This document shows positions 8,791 through 16,909 of a stretch of DNA of 20,000 nucleotides, in pieces (positions within the stretch are counted from its first letter, which is position 1; each line of letters opens with the position of its first letter). Under the pieces are notes generated by a model. The model saw nothing but the letters and a program-made list of their open reading frames with translations, made no database searches and had not been told where the DNA came from. Where the stretch lies: IMG/VR virus record IMGVR_UViG_3300042287_000568. One strand, written 5' to 3'. A program made the position numbers and the translations under genes. Source of the DNA: an uncultured virus (IMG/VR IMGVR_UViG_3300042287_000568). Its lineage: Duplodnaviria; Heunggongvirae; Uroviricota; Caudoviricetes.

Positions 8791-10167
8791 CTAGATTGTT
8801 GGTTCTGAGTCTTTGACCTCGGCCTCAAGGAGTTCAAACTCAACAAGCGATGCCATAAGGTCAGAGTCAACTTCTCCGGATTTTTCTTCAACAAGTTTTG
8901 CTCCACCGGTTACCCAGTTGGCGGGGATAAGTTTTTCCTGACCCATAGCCTTGGCTTGCTTCATAATGTGATTCTTTGCTGCTTCTTTGTCTTTTGCACG
9001 ACCGTATGCGCTGATTGCGTTCTTGAGGTCTTCTACGTTAGAAATAGGAAAGGAACCGTCTGGAAGTGCTTTTCCTTCTTCTGCCATTTGTGTGCGCATG
9101 TCTTCATTGAATGCACGCTTTAATGCAATCTCTGCGGCTTCTGCTTCAATGGCTTCTGCTTCTTCTGGCTCATACTTGTCGTATCCAAGAACTTCACCGT
9201 CAAGTGAAACGAATACGTCGTAAGACTTTCCGTCAATTCCTTCAATTTCAACTGCGTATGCATCAAAGCCTTCAAAGATGTCTGGCTCAACAGCAACAAC
9301 GTCACCCTGAATGGACTTAACTGCAATCTCTGCTGCTTCGTGGAAGTCAATTACCATCATTGAATCAAGTGCTGACTTCTGCTCAAAGGCATTGTCATCA
9401 AGTTTGTGGAAACCGAGAACTTCTGCAGTTGTACCATCAATAAAGACTTCAACCGCACGGCCGCTCTTTGATTGAATGTCAACCACGAACATGTCTGCAT
9501 CTGAAGAATATCCAGAGTCAAGAACCTTGCCCTTAAACATTTCTTCGGCAATTCCTTCAACAGAAAGAAGACCTGGCATTCCGCGCTCTGGCAAGCATCC
9601 ACCAGGACAATCGTCACAGACGCCTGAACCACCTGGGTAAACTTTTCTTTCAACAGCACACATGTATGCGTTTCTTCCAAGTTCTGCGACTTTTTCACCC
9701 ATGTTGGCAAGACGTTTCTTTCTTGCTGCTTCTAGGTCAACTTCTCCGTCGTACATTTTCATCTCGGCGTCTTCGTCGTCTTCTTCTTCGTCGTCTTCGT
9801 CGTATTCTTCTTCGTCGTCTTCTTCAATTTCAAGAGACATTTTCTTCTTGGATGACGGCATTGACGCCATCTCGTCTTCGTCATCCATCTCTTCGTCATC
9901 ATCTTCTTCGCCAGGCATTCCCATGCCCGTGCCCTTTTGACGCTTTTTCATAGCGTCAAACATTTCACTATCGTCCCATTTGTCTCCACCCTTGACTTCA
10001 TAGTCATCATCGGTGACTGGAACCATCTTCATCTGGATAGGCATTGCTCCGCACTTACCGCACACTTTTGCACCTGGGGTAAACCCGCAGTCGGCAACAT
10101 TTGCGCCCTTGGCACACTTAAGAACATTGCCGTCCGCATCAACACTGACTTCAACTTTTTCGCTCAT
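8791..10167 (-). CDS. ~458-aa protein with two Cys clusters, an acidic tract, tandem PepSY-like domains and a C-terminal ALPDGSFPI domain
   Basis: AGGAG at 10178-10174 precedes the ATG at 10167 (MSEKVEV). Cys clusters CAKG..DC..VCGKC and C..VCDDCPGGC. IDFHEAAEIAVKSIQGDVVAVE...YAVEIEGIDGKSYDVFVSLDGEVL fits the PepSY pattern, with a similar copy just before it. Confidence 0.7.
   Translation of the reverse strand: MSEKVEVSVDADGNVLKCAKGANVADCGFTPGAKVCGKCGAMPIQMKMVPVTDDDYEVKGGDKWDDSEMFDAMKKRQKGTGMGMPGEEDDDEEMDDEDEMASMPSSKKKMSLEIEEDDEEEYDEDDEEEDDEDAEMKMYDGEVDLEAARKKRLANMGEKVAELGRNAYMCAVERKVYPGGSGVCDDCPGGCLPERGMPGLLSVEGIAEEMFKGKVLDSGYSSDADMFVVDIQSKSGRAVEVFIDGTTAEVLGFHKLDDNAFEQKSALDSMMVIDFHEAAEIAVKSIQGDVVAVEPDIFEGFDAYAVEIEGIDGKSYDVFVSLDGEVLGYDKYEPEEAEAIEAEAAEIALKRAFNEDMRTQMAEEGKALPDGSFPISNVEDLKNAISAYGRAKDKEAAKNHIMKQAKAMGQEKLIPANWVTGGAKLVEEKSGEVDSDLMASLVEFELLEAEVKDSEPTI
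9767..9910 (-). repeat. Low-complexity GAA/GAC-rich tracts encoding Asp/Glu runs
   Basis: (tcg/tct)n runs on the + strand translate to EEDDDEEMDDEDE and EEDDEEEYDEDDEEEDDED. Confidence 0.8.
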
Positions 10168-10173
10168 TGGTAA

Positions 10174-10178
10174 CTCCT
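10174..10178 (-). promoter_or_regulatory. Shine-Dalgarno site
   Basis: AGGAG 6 nt upstream of the ATG at 10167. Confidence 0.75.
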
Positions 10179-10243
10179 GTTTTTTAGCGAGTAAAGACAC
10201 GAGTGTCAATATCACATTATGAATAGTTTATAAAAGTATAACT

Positions 10244-10275
10244 TAGCATGCGCCTCTGAGCGAGAACGCATACTA
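10244..10275 (-). terminator. Stem-loop immediately after the giant protease gene (possible terminator or processing site)
   Basis: Minus-strand TAGTATGCG-TTCTCGCTCAGAGG-CGCATGCTA forms a 9-bp outer stem with one G-U pair, followed by AGTTATACTTTT. There is no immediate U run. Confidence 0.4.
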
Positions 10276-10276
10276 T

Positions 10277-13200
10277 TTATGCTTCTGGGACAATATTGAT
10301 TTTTTTCTTCACGCCGTCTTTGTTTGTGACTGTTCTTCTTGTTGAACCAATTTCTGATGTACTTTTATCAATAAATGTAGACATGGCTGCGCCGGCAACT
10401 TTTTCAATTAGTCTTGAGTACCAGCCAATTCTTTTATCTCCACCAGCCTGTACCTGTTGGTCAAGGGCAAATTGAAGACCGTCAAGAATTAAGTCAACTT
10501 CATCCATCGTCATGTAGATACTTCCGACGTTTGTTCTTCTGTCGCCTGTTTTTGAGGCTTCACTTCTTTTTATAATCTCTTGAAGTTTTGTTAATCCTGA
10601 TGCTGCTTTAGTGTTTCTAGCCTTTTGCGCGGCTCTAATCTCTTTTGCAAGAGAATTCTCAATGTCCTTAAAAAAGGTTGCTTCGTCAGTAATCATCGTT
10701 TTGCCGGTTGATGAGGAGAATCCCATTCTTCCCTTTTTTGGTGAAGGGTTTTGACGTTTTTCATCAAGTTCTGCAACAACCTGCTCAATCAGCGTAGATA
10801 GTTTTTTAATTTCCCCTTCGCGTTTGGCATTTGATTGAGGCGTTTCTGGTGTTCCAGGACGTGCCGGTCTACCGTCTCTTGGAGGGCGAGGTTTGTCGCC
10901 AGTTGAAGACTGGAATCCAGACACTCCACCCTCTCTGTCGTTAAACCACTTGTCTTCCGAATACTCTGATTGCATCTTTAAGAGTTTCTTCAATAGTGCG
11001 TTAGCACGAGCGACACTCTTCTTTTCGTAAGCATTTTCTCCTGAAGTAATGTCAATATATGATGAAAGTTCGTCAATTGCTTCTTTTAGCGACTTTGGAG
11101 TGATGTCTTCAACGCCAAGGATTGTGGAAACAGTGTCCCAGATGTCTTCAGAATCAGGATTGATGTCTGTTTCGTCGTATTCCATTCCTGAAAGTTCACG
11201 AATTGAGTCATCAATCCATTCATTGAAAGCATCAAGACGCGCCTGTCTCTTGGCTTTCGCTTGCTCCGCAGTTGCTTCTTCCTTAACTCGCTTAGATGAT
11301 TCTTGTGCTTCTTTTTGACGCTCTTCTCTTTCGGAAGTGAGTCTTTCTTTCTCGTTGTCAGAACGTTCATCCATGGCGCTTTGTCTTGATTCTGAACGGG
11401 ATTTTCTTCGTTCTTCTGGAGTCATGCGCTTTGTTTCTTCCCTGGCTTCTTCTTCGCCAAGTTTCCTCATTGCACCCTGATAGGCGGCAGGGGACATCGT
11501 TCCACCCTTTTCAGGGTTTCCTTCCCCAAGCATCCAACCCCATTTTTCATCAATTGTAAGTTTTTCCCATTCTTCTGGTTTGGCTTGGTCAAAAGAGTCT
11601 CCAGTGAACTTGGGGTCGGGCTTTGTTCCCATTACTCCACCCTTGCCAACACCCGTAGGCTCGCCGTCACGAGGACGTACTTCAAAGTCGGCAGGTCTCA
11701 TTGCTGGCGCTACGCCAGGCCTCTTGTTTCTTCTTTCGTAATTATCGGTTTCCGAAGAAAAGCCAGTACGACCTCTTCTGCCAGTTCCACTATTTTTGCC
11801 AGTGGACCAGTTTTGTACCAGATAGTCACGTCGCGCAATAAGGGTGTCAGAAAGTTTCTTTGCTTCACCTTTGTCGGAAATTACAGCATCAACCATTTCT
11901 TTGATTTCAGAATCTGATACTGCTCCAATTGCTTTTACCTGACGAGCAATTTCTGCTGGAGGAATGTCTCCCCAGTATGCAACACCACGTCTAGCGCCCG
12001 ACTGATTTGGGTCTCTCAAGGATTCCATTTCCCCGACGATAGGACCGAACGCCGAGCCCTTTGCTTCTCCTCTTGCTCGGAAAAGACCAGCACCACCAAC
12101 ATCAATGACGTACGCTTTACCGTCTCCGCCCTTAATGGTGTTTCCCGAGTTTGAAACAGCGTCCCAGTTTGCAAGCCATGCATTAGCCACAAAAGTGTCT
12201 TGAACTGCCTTCTTCCATGCTGAGTTCTTTATTTCGGATTCATGGTCAACCTGTTTTGCCCCTGGAACCATTTCGCTAACAATTTTTGGACGACCTTTGT
12301 AGGTTCCTACTTTTACTTTTCCAGCAGGAATACCTAATCTTTCATAGAAACGAGACATTAGTGATTCGTTTTCTGCATGAGTTTGTGACTTTGGCGGCTT
12401 GATGTAATATTCCTTACCAGTCTTGGGGTCCTTGAATACGCCGCCACCCTGTGAGCCACCCATGGGGCCAGAATTGGTGTCTACGAAGTCATCTGTAACA
12501 ATCGGGTTGTTTGACATTGTGTTATCAAGCAAGCCTTTAGGTACTGGTCTGTCGTCAATTATAAATCCAGCACTACCACGTGGTGAAGTGTCTGTATCTT
12601 TTCCGCGACCGAATATGCCCCTACGTCCAGTTCTGCGAGCAGCACCACTAGCGGAACCTGGCCCCATGTTTTCATACATGGTGCGCAATCTCTTCCAGTA
12701 CGACGCCGGCATTGTTCCCTTGTCTTTGTCAAACCTCTGAATTGCTTCTTGGACAAGTCTGAGTCCGCCCTGCTGTCTACCCCACATGATGAGTTGCTTT
12801 TGCATTGTCTCAGGAATGTCGGATGGTGCTCCGTTGTTTTTGCCACCACCAGTAGATGATTCAAAGCCTCGTCCACCACGAACATCAATACTGGAGTATT
12901 TTCCTTTTTGAGATTCTGCTGCTTGCTCAAGAACCCCAACCACATCAGACGTGACCACTCCTCTGTCGGTTCGCATTTTGTCTATTTCTTTTATGACTGC
13001 TTCGTATTCGTCTTTATCAACTGAAAATTTGCCGTTTGTGGCTTTTTCAAGTTTTTCAGCAATGGCCCTGAGCGGAGCAGGGTTGTCTGTCATTTTCATA
13101 AAACCCTGAAGTTCGTCACGAAGTTCGCCGATTTCAGAATCATCTAGTTCTATATCAAGTTTTTTGTGTGGGTTTATTGTTCCATTGGAACTCTTAAAGC

Positions 13201-16200
13201 CGCGAGGGCGTTTTGCTGTTCTTCCACGACCGCCACCTTGTCCATCACGAGAAGGACGGGAAAGCCTGGTTCCAGCCTGCTGAAGAGCATCTGATTCGTA
13301 GGTTCCATCTTTTGAGTCTTTTGTTTTCTTCAAAGAGTCAATCAATTTATCTATTGATTCTTTATCGTCTGAATCTTCAACCGGACCATTGTCTCTCATT
13401 CTTGTGAGAGTGTCCATGTAGTCGTCAATTTCTTTATCCGTAAGAGGGATTGAGTCGTTTGCGGCTGAACTCTCATCAAGTTTGTCCAGAATGTTCTGGA
13501 TGACTTGCATGTCTTCGTCGGCACCGATGCCGTCTAGTTGGCTTTCATCCATATATTTTTTAAGAACTTCATTTAGTTCTGCATATTCAGCAAGCGTCAT
13601 GTCCATTTCGCGCTTGTCAGATGAGGAACCAAGTCCACTCTCTCCATCACTACCGGTAGAAGACGAAAAGCCTCTTACTTTGTCCCCGCTTCTAATGCGA
13701 GAATCATTTCCTCTACGCATTGAAGAAAGGGTGTTTGTAACATTGGCTTGGGTTGTACCAGTAAGTTTTGCTATTTCACGATACGACAATTCATCATTAT
13801 CGTTATAAAGTCTAATGATTTCATTACGTAGGTTAGTTGTTGCTTGTCTTTCCTTGTTTGGATTGACGGAACGAAGAGGAACGTCTCCCGCTTTTCTTCT
13901 TTTATCTATAACATTGCGAATGTTAGCAAGTTCCGTAAAAATACCATTTGAACCAGGCTGGGAACTTAAAAAGCGAGATATGTCGCCAACAGTTTCACCG
14001 TCGTTGTACATTTCAACGATTTTGTCTTCTCTTTGTTTTCTATCCCTAACATCAAATTTTTTACCTTTTGAGTCACCACCGCCGGTTCTGGAAGCAAAGC
14101 CGCGAAGTATTTCTCTTTCCTTTTTACCTCTATTCGGAAGGAATGGAGAACCTTCTCTACCATCCTTGAGGTATTGAACGAGGTCCTCACTGACGCCATC
14201 GTCACCCAGTTCTTTTGCAATACGCTGAATTACTCCTGATTCATCATTTTTTGCACCTTCTCTAATTGCATCAGAAAATTCTTTTGCTAATTTTTCTGGG
14301 TCAAGGCTTGGGTCAAGGGTAATAATATTTTCTAGTGCATCTTCAAAAAAGCCATTTAGTTGTACTAGGTCTTCGTCACTTATGTTTCCCTTTCTGATTC
14401 TGTCAATAAATGCATCCGTAGGAACAACGCCCTCTGTGCTGTCTAGGTACCTAGCAAGTTCTTCCATGTCAAGAAGATTTTTGAGCAAGTCAAATAATCT
14501 TTCTTTTTCTGATTCTGATTCCTTTTTGGCTTTTGCTGGTTCTGTTCCACGGAAGGATTTTGTTCTTGCATCAAAAAGGTTCTTTGATTTTTCGGATATT
14601 TTTTTTAAAGATTGTGTGAAGTCAGACAACAACTCGGCCTGAAGGTCGTCCGCTTCTTCGCCTGTTCCATTTTCTCTAGCCCTGTCAACATAGTCGTCAA
14701 AAGCCAAGTTAAGAACTTCTTCAATTCCGTCTATAAAGTTTTGTATTTCTCTTCTATCGTTAAATTGGCTAATGAAACCGTCGCCTTCTTTGTCGTCAGA
14801 AGAAAGAGTGTCAACTAATTTTTTTCTAATTTCTGAAAGCACTTTTCCAGGACTTTCGTCTAGTTTTTCTTTGCTTAAATTAGAAAAAATATCATTAAGA
14901 ACTTTAACTCTGTCCGAAAATGCTTTTTGATAACGTTCCGGAAGACGACCCTCGTCTGTTAGTTCTCTGAATCTTTTAAGAGACATTCCTATGTCTTTGG
15001 CTGCCAATTCTTCTATGGCATTGTCAATTTGAGGAATATCAATTTTGACAACACCTGCAGTGCTTGAACTAAGTCCACTTCTTACAGCGCCAGCGTTTCT
15101 GTCTCTATCAAGGTTTTCTGAAGCAGCGTCACCAACTGGGTCGTCAGCCATACCTCTGCTTGGGCGTCGCATTGGTGGTCCCATTGCTTCGTCGTATTCA
15201 TCTGCGTTGTCATCGCTACCCATACGGGAAGCCATTCCGCTTCTGCGTTGATTTTGCCATGCGCGGGTTGCAGCATTGGTGTCAACTCTTCCACCAGATG
15301 CACGGTCGTTTACTCCAGGAATTGCAGGACGTGAGTACGGCGTTCCTTCTTGTACGATTCCGTCTCCGTCACCGTCCCATGCTTTTGGGTCAAAGTTTAC
15401 CGCGCCCCTACCGGCGCGGCCTAATTTTCCCAGGCCCCCGCTTAGCGTTCGCCCCAGGGCTTTTTCGGCTACGCCAATAGCCTCTATAAATTCTTGTGTT
15501 ACTTCGGTTGTGATGACAATGCCATCTTCCGTCACGTGAGATTCAACCCTGTGATAATCAAAAATTGGGTCAAGTAATTGCTTGGTCTCAAACGCGTTTT
15601 CCAGTTTGACAGGAATTAGGTAATCACTTTTTGATTCAACATCTTTTTCCGCTGATGAAACAATGTCTTGAAGTGTCTCTAGGACTGTTTTTAGTTTTGA
15701 CATATTGCGGGAACTAAGCGTTCTTCCAACTTTTACATCAAATGTCTCGTCAAGAATCTGAGCAAGATTTTCTAGTTCTTCGTCAAAGGCTGATTTTTCA
15801 TAATCCTCACCTTTAGGCATTACGTATTCAGGACTAACAACGAAGTTCGTTGCGCCAGTTGGCACGCCAGGCTTGACCTGCATTGGCATTGAAGGCATCT
15901 GTGACGGAACAACCGTACGTGAACCACTCGGTTGTTGTCCGTCTGCCAGTTCAGGCTTGCCAAACATAAAGGTAACGTAATTGTCTGGAGTGTGATATCC
16001 GATTCTGTACATTACAGAACGACCATCAGAGGTCATTCTTCTGAACTTTGCCGTGCTTTCAGTAGCGGAAACTAGTTGAATTGAGGAACCGCTTCTGCTT
16101 TGTAGTTCGCGTGTCAATCTTTCTTTTTCATTGTCACCAAGCGCCCGAGCAAGACCCTCTGAGAAAATTGGTTTGTCGTCGTCATCGTCGTCATCATCAC

Positions 16201-16801
16201 CCTGTCTAACGACGATAATTTTTGGACCTTGGTTCATTCCAGTATGGTGAGGCATCATCATTCCGGGCATGTGCTTTTCGGCTGTTTCGTCAGACTTTAC
16301 AGAAATTGTTCCAGTCAATTGATTGGCACCATGTAGTACTGGCGATACTTCGTAAAGTTCAACTTCTTTTAGAATGTTTGCTTGGATGTTCGGGTCAAAA
16401 ATTGAATCAAGCGTTTTGTATCCGATTGACCACTCTTGTTCTTGTCCGAAGAACGCGACGTTGGCGAAGGCTTCCCGACCTTTTTCTGAGTTGAGATTGA
16501 ATTGAACCTTTGCGTACAAGCCACCAATACCGGCGTTGAGCATCTTTGTTGGAAGTCTTCTGTCCCCTGGGGCAACTTCGTAAATCTCAAGAACTTTACC
16601 GATTGGGTCGTTCCAGTTGTGTCCCCAAACAACACGGGGCTTGCGGCGGGTAAGGCTTTTGGTGAATGCTCCAGTAATTAGAACGTCTCCTACTGAGTCC
16701 TTATTGCCGATGCCGGCGACGAAACACTCAACGACGCCTTGGGCCTCGTCAATGTTGAATTGGCCTGGAATGGCTTTAAATTGAATATCTTGCTGACTCA
16801 T
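10277..16801 (-). CDS. 2174-aa HK97-family prohead (capsid maturation) protease fused to a ~2000-aa modular extension (HTH pair, HipA/PI3-4K-like kinase, acidic repeats)
   Basis: aa 1-170 contain DSVGDVLITGAF, VVWGHNWNDPIG (catalytic His), GLYAKVQFNL, WSIGY (catalytic Ser) and LYEVSPVLHGAN. Lies directly after the portal, with an AGGAG RBS. Kinase motifs GSQGGG, YYIK, AENE, WLANWD, GN, IDVG. Confidence 0.9.
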   Translation of the reverse strand: MSQQDIQFKAIPGQFNIDEAQGVVECFVAGIGNKDSVGDVLITGAFTKSLTRRKPRVVWGHNWNDPIGKVLEIYEVAPGDRRLPTKMLNAGIGGLYAKVQFNLNSEKGREAFANVAFFGQEQEWSIGYKTLDSIFDPNIQANILKEVELYEVSPVLHGANQLTGTISVKSDETAEKHMPGMMMPHHTGMNQGPKIIVVRQGDDDDDDDDKPIFSEGLARALGDNEKERLTRELQSRSGSSIQLVSATESTAKFRRMTSDGRSVMYRIGYHTPDNYVTFMFGKPELADGQQPSGSRTVVPSQMPSMPMQVKPGVPTGATNFVVSPEYVMPKGEDYEKSAFDEELENLAQILDETFDVKVGRTLSSRNMSKLKTVLETLQDIVSSAEKDVESKSDYLIPVKLENAFETKQLLDPIFDYHRVESHVTEDGIVITTEVTQEFIEAIGVAEKALGRTLSGGLGKLGRAGRGAVNFDPKAWDGDGDGIVQEGTPYSRPAIPGVNDRASGGRVDTNAATRAWQNQRRSGMASRMGSDDNADEYDEAMGPPMRRPSRGMADDPVGDAASENLDRDRNAGAVRSGLSSSTAGVVKIDIPQIDNAIEELAAKDIGMSLKRFRELTDEGRLPERYQKAFSDRVKVLNDIFSNLSKEKLDESPGKVLSEIRKKLVDTLSSDDKEGDGFISQFNDRREIQNFIDGIEEVLNLAFDDYVDRARENGTGEEADDLQAELLSDFTQSLKKISEKSKNLFDARTKSFRGTEPAKAKKESESEKERLFDLLKNLLDMEELARYLDSTEGVVPTDAFIDRIRKGNISDEDLVQLNGFFEDALENIITLDPSLDPEKLAKEFSDAIREGAKNDESGVIQRIAKELGDDGVSEDLVQYLKDGREGSPFLPNRGKKEREILRGFASRTGGGDSKGKKFDVRDRKQREDKIVEMYNDGETVGDISRFLSSQPGSNGIFTELANIRNVIDKRRKAGDVPLRSVNPNKERQATTNLRNEIIRLYNDNDELSYREIAKLTGTTQANVTNTLSSMRRGNDSRIRSGDKVRGFSSSTGSDGESGLGSSSDKREMDMTLAEYAELNEVLKKYMDESQLDGIGADEDMQVIQNILDKLDESSAANDSIPLTDKEIDDYMDTLTRMRDNGPVEDSDDKESIDKLIDSLKKTKDSKDGTYESDALQQAGTRLSRPSRDGQGGGRGRTAKRPRGFKSSNGTINPHKKLDIELDDSEIGELRDELQGFMKMTDNPAPLRAIAEKLEKATNGKFSVDKDEYEAVIKEIDKMRTDRGVVTSDVVGVLEQAAESQKGKYSSIDVRGGRGFESSTGGGKNNGAPSDIPETMQKQLIMWGRQQGGLRLVQEAIQRFDKDKGTMPASYWKRLRTMYENMGPGSASGAARRTGRRGIFGRGKDTDTSPRGSAGFIIDDRPVPKGLLDNTMSNNPIVTDDFVDTNSGPMGGSQGGGVFKDPKTGKEYYIKPPKSQTHAENESLMSRFYERLGIPAGKVKVGTYKGRPKIVSEMVPGAKQVDHESEIKNSAWKKAVQDTFVANAWLANWDAVSNSGNTIKGGDGKAYVIDVGGAGLFRARGEAKGSAFGPIVGEMESLRDPNQSGARRGVAYWGDIPPAEIARQVKAIGAVSDSEIKEMVDAVISDKGEAKKLSDTLIARRDYLVQNWSTGKNSGTGRRGRTGFSSETDNYERRNKRPGVAPAMRPADFEVRPRDGEPTGVGKGGVMGTKPDPKFTGDSFDQAKPEEWEKLTIDEKWGWMLGEGNPEKGGTMSPAAYQGAMRKLGEEEAREETKRMTPEERRKSRSESRQSAMDERSDNEKERLTSEREERQKEAQESSKRVKEEATAEQAKAKRQARLDAFNEWIDDSIRELSGMEYDETDINPDSEDIWDTVSTILGVEDITPKSLKEAIDELSSYIDITSGENAYEKKSVARANALLKKLLKMQSEYSEDKWFNDREGGVSGFQSSTGDKPRPPRDGRPARPGTPETPQSNAKREGEIKKLSTLIEQVVAELDEKRQNPSPKKGRMGFSSSTGKTMITDEATFFKDIENSLAKEIRAAQKARNTKAASGLTKLQEIIKRSEASKTGDRRTNVGSIYMTMDEVDLILDGLQFALDQQVQAGGDKRIGWYSRLIEKVAGAAMSTFIDKSTSEIGSTRRTVTNKDGVKKKINIVPEA

Positions 16802-16805
16802 GTCG

Positions 16806-16810
16806 CTCCT
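16806..16810 (-). promoter_or_regulatory. Shine-Dalgarno site
   Basis: TAGGAGCGAC-ATG upstream of 16801. Confidence 0.7.
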
Positions 16811-16909
16811 AATGTCTTAATTGATAATAAAGGATAAGGAGTCAAACGATTGCAAGTATTGAATACAGATATTAACGTTTCTTTAAATAGGTTTTGCTAT
16901 TTACAGAAA

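Noticed and set aside
8775..8906. Track start of the 1931-aa ORF at 8906
   Set aside because: It overlaps the upstream gene by 116 nt. The ATG at 8774 just after the upstream stop is more parsimonious. A frameshift fusion cannot be excluded but has no positive support.
10168..10215. Track start of the 474-aa ORF at 10215, and the short inverted repeat GACAC-GA-GTGTC at 10196-10207
   Set aside because: The AGGAG site supports the ATG at 10167. A 5-bp arm palindrome seen once is too weak to call an operator.
10703..15238. Repeated linker motif as a DNA repeat, CRISPR-like array or intein boundary
   Set aside because: The nucleotide sequences differ at synonymous positions and the spacing is irregular. 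No intein C-terminal His-Asn plus Cys/Ser/Thr signature is evident at these boundaries.
16174..16199. Poly-Asp (GAC/GAT) run
   Set aside because: An ordinary low-complexity linker after the protease domain, in frame, with no sign of phase variation.
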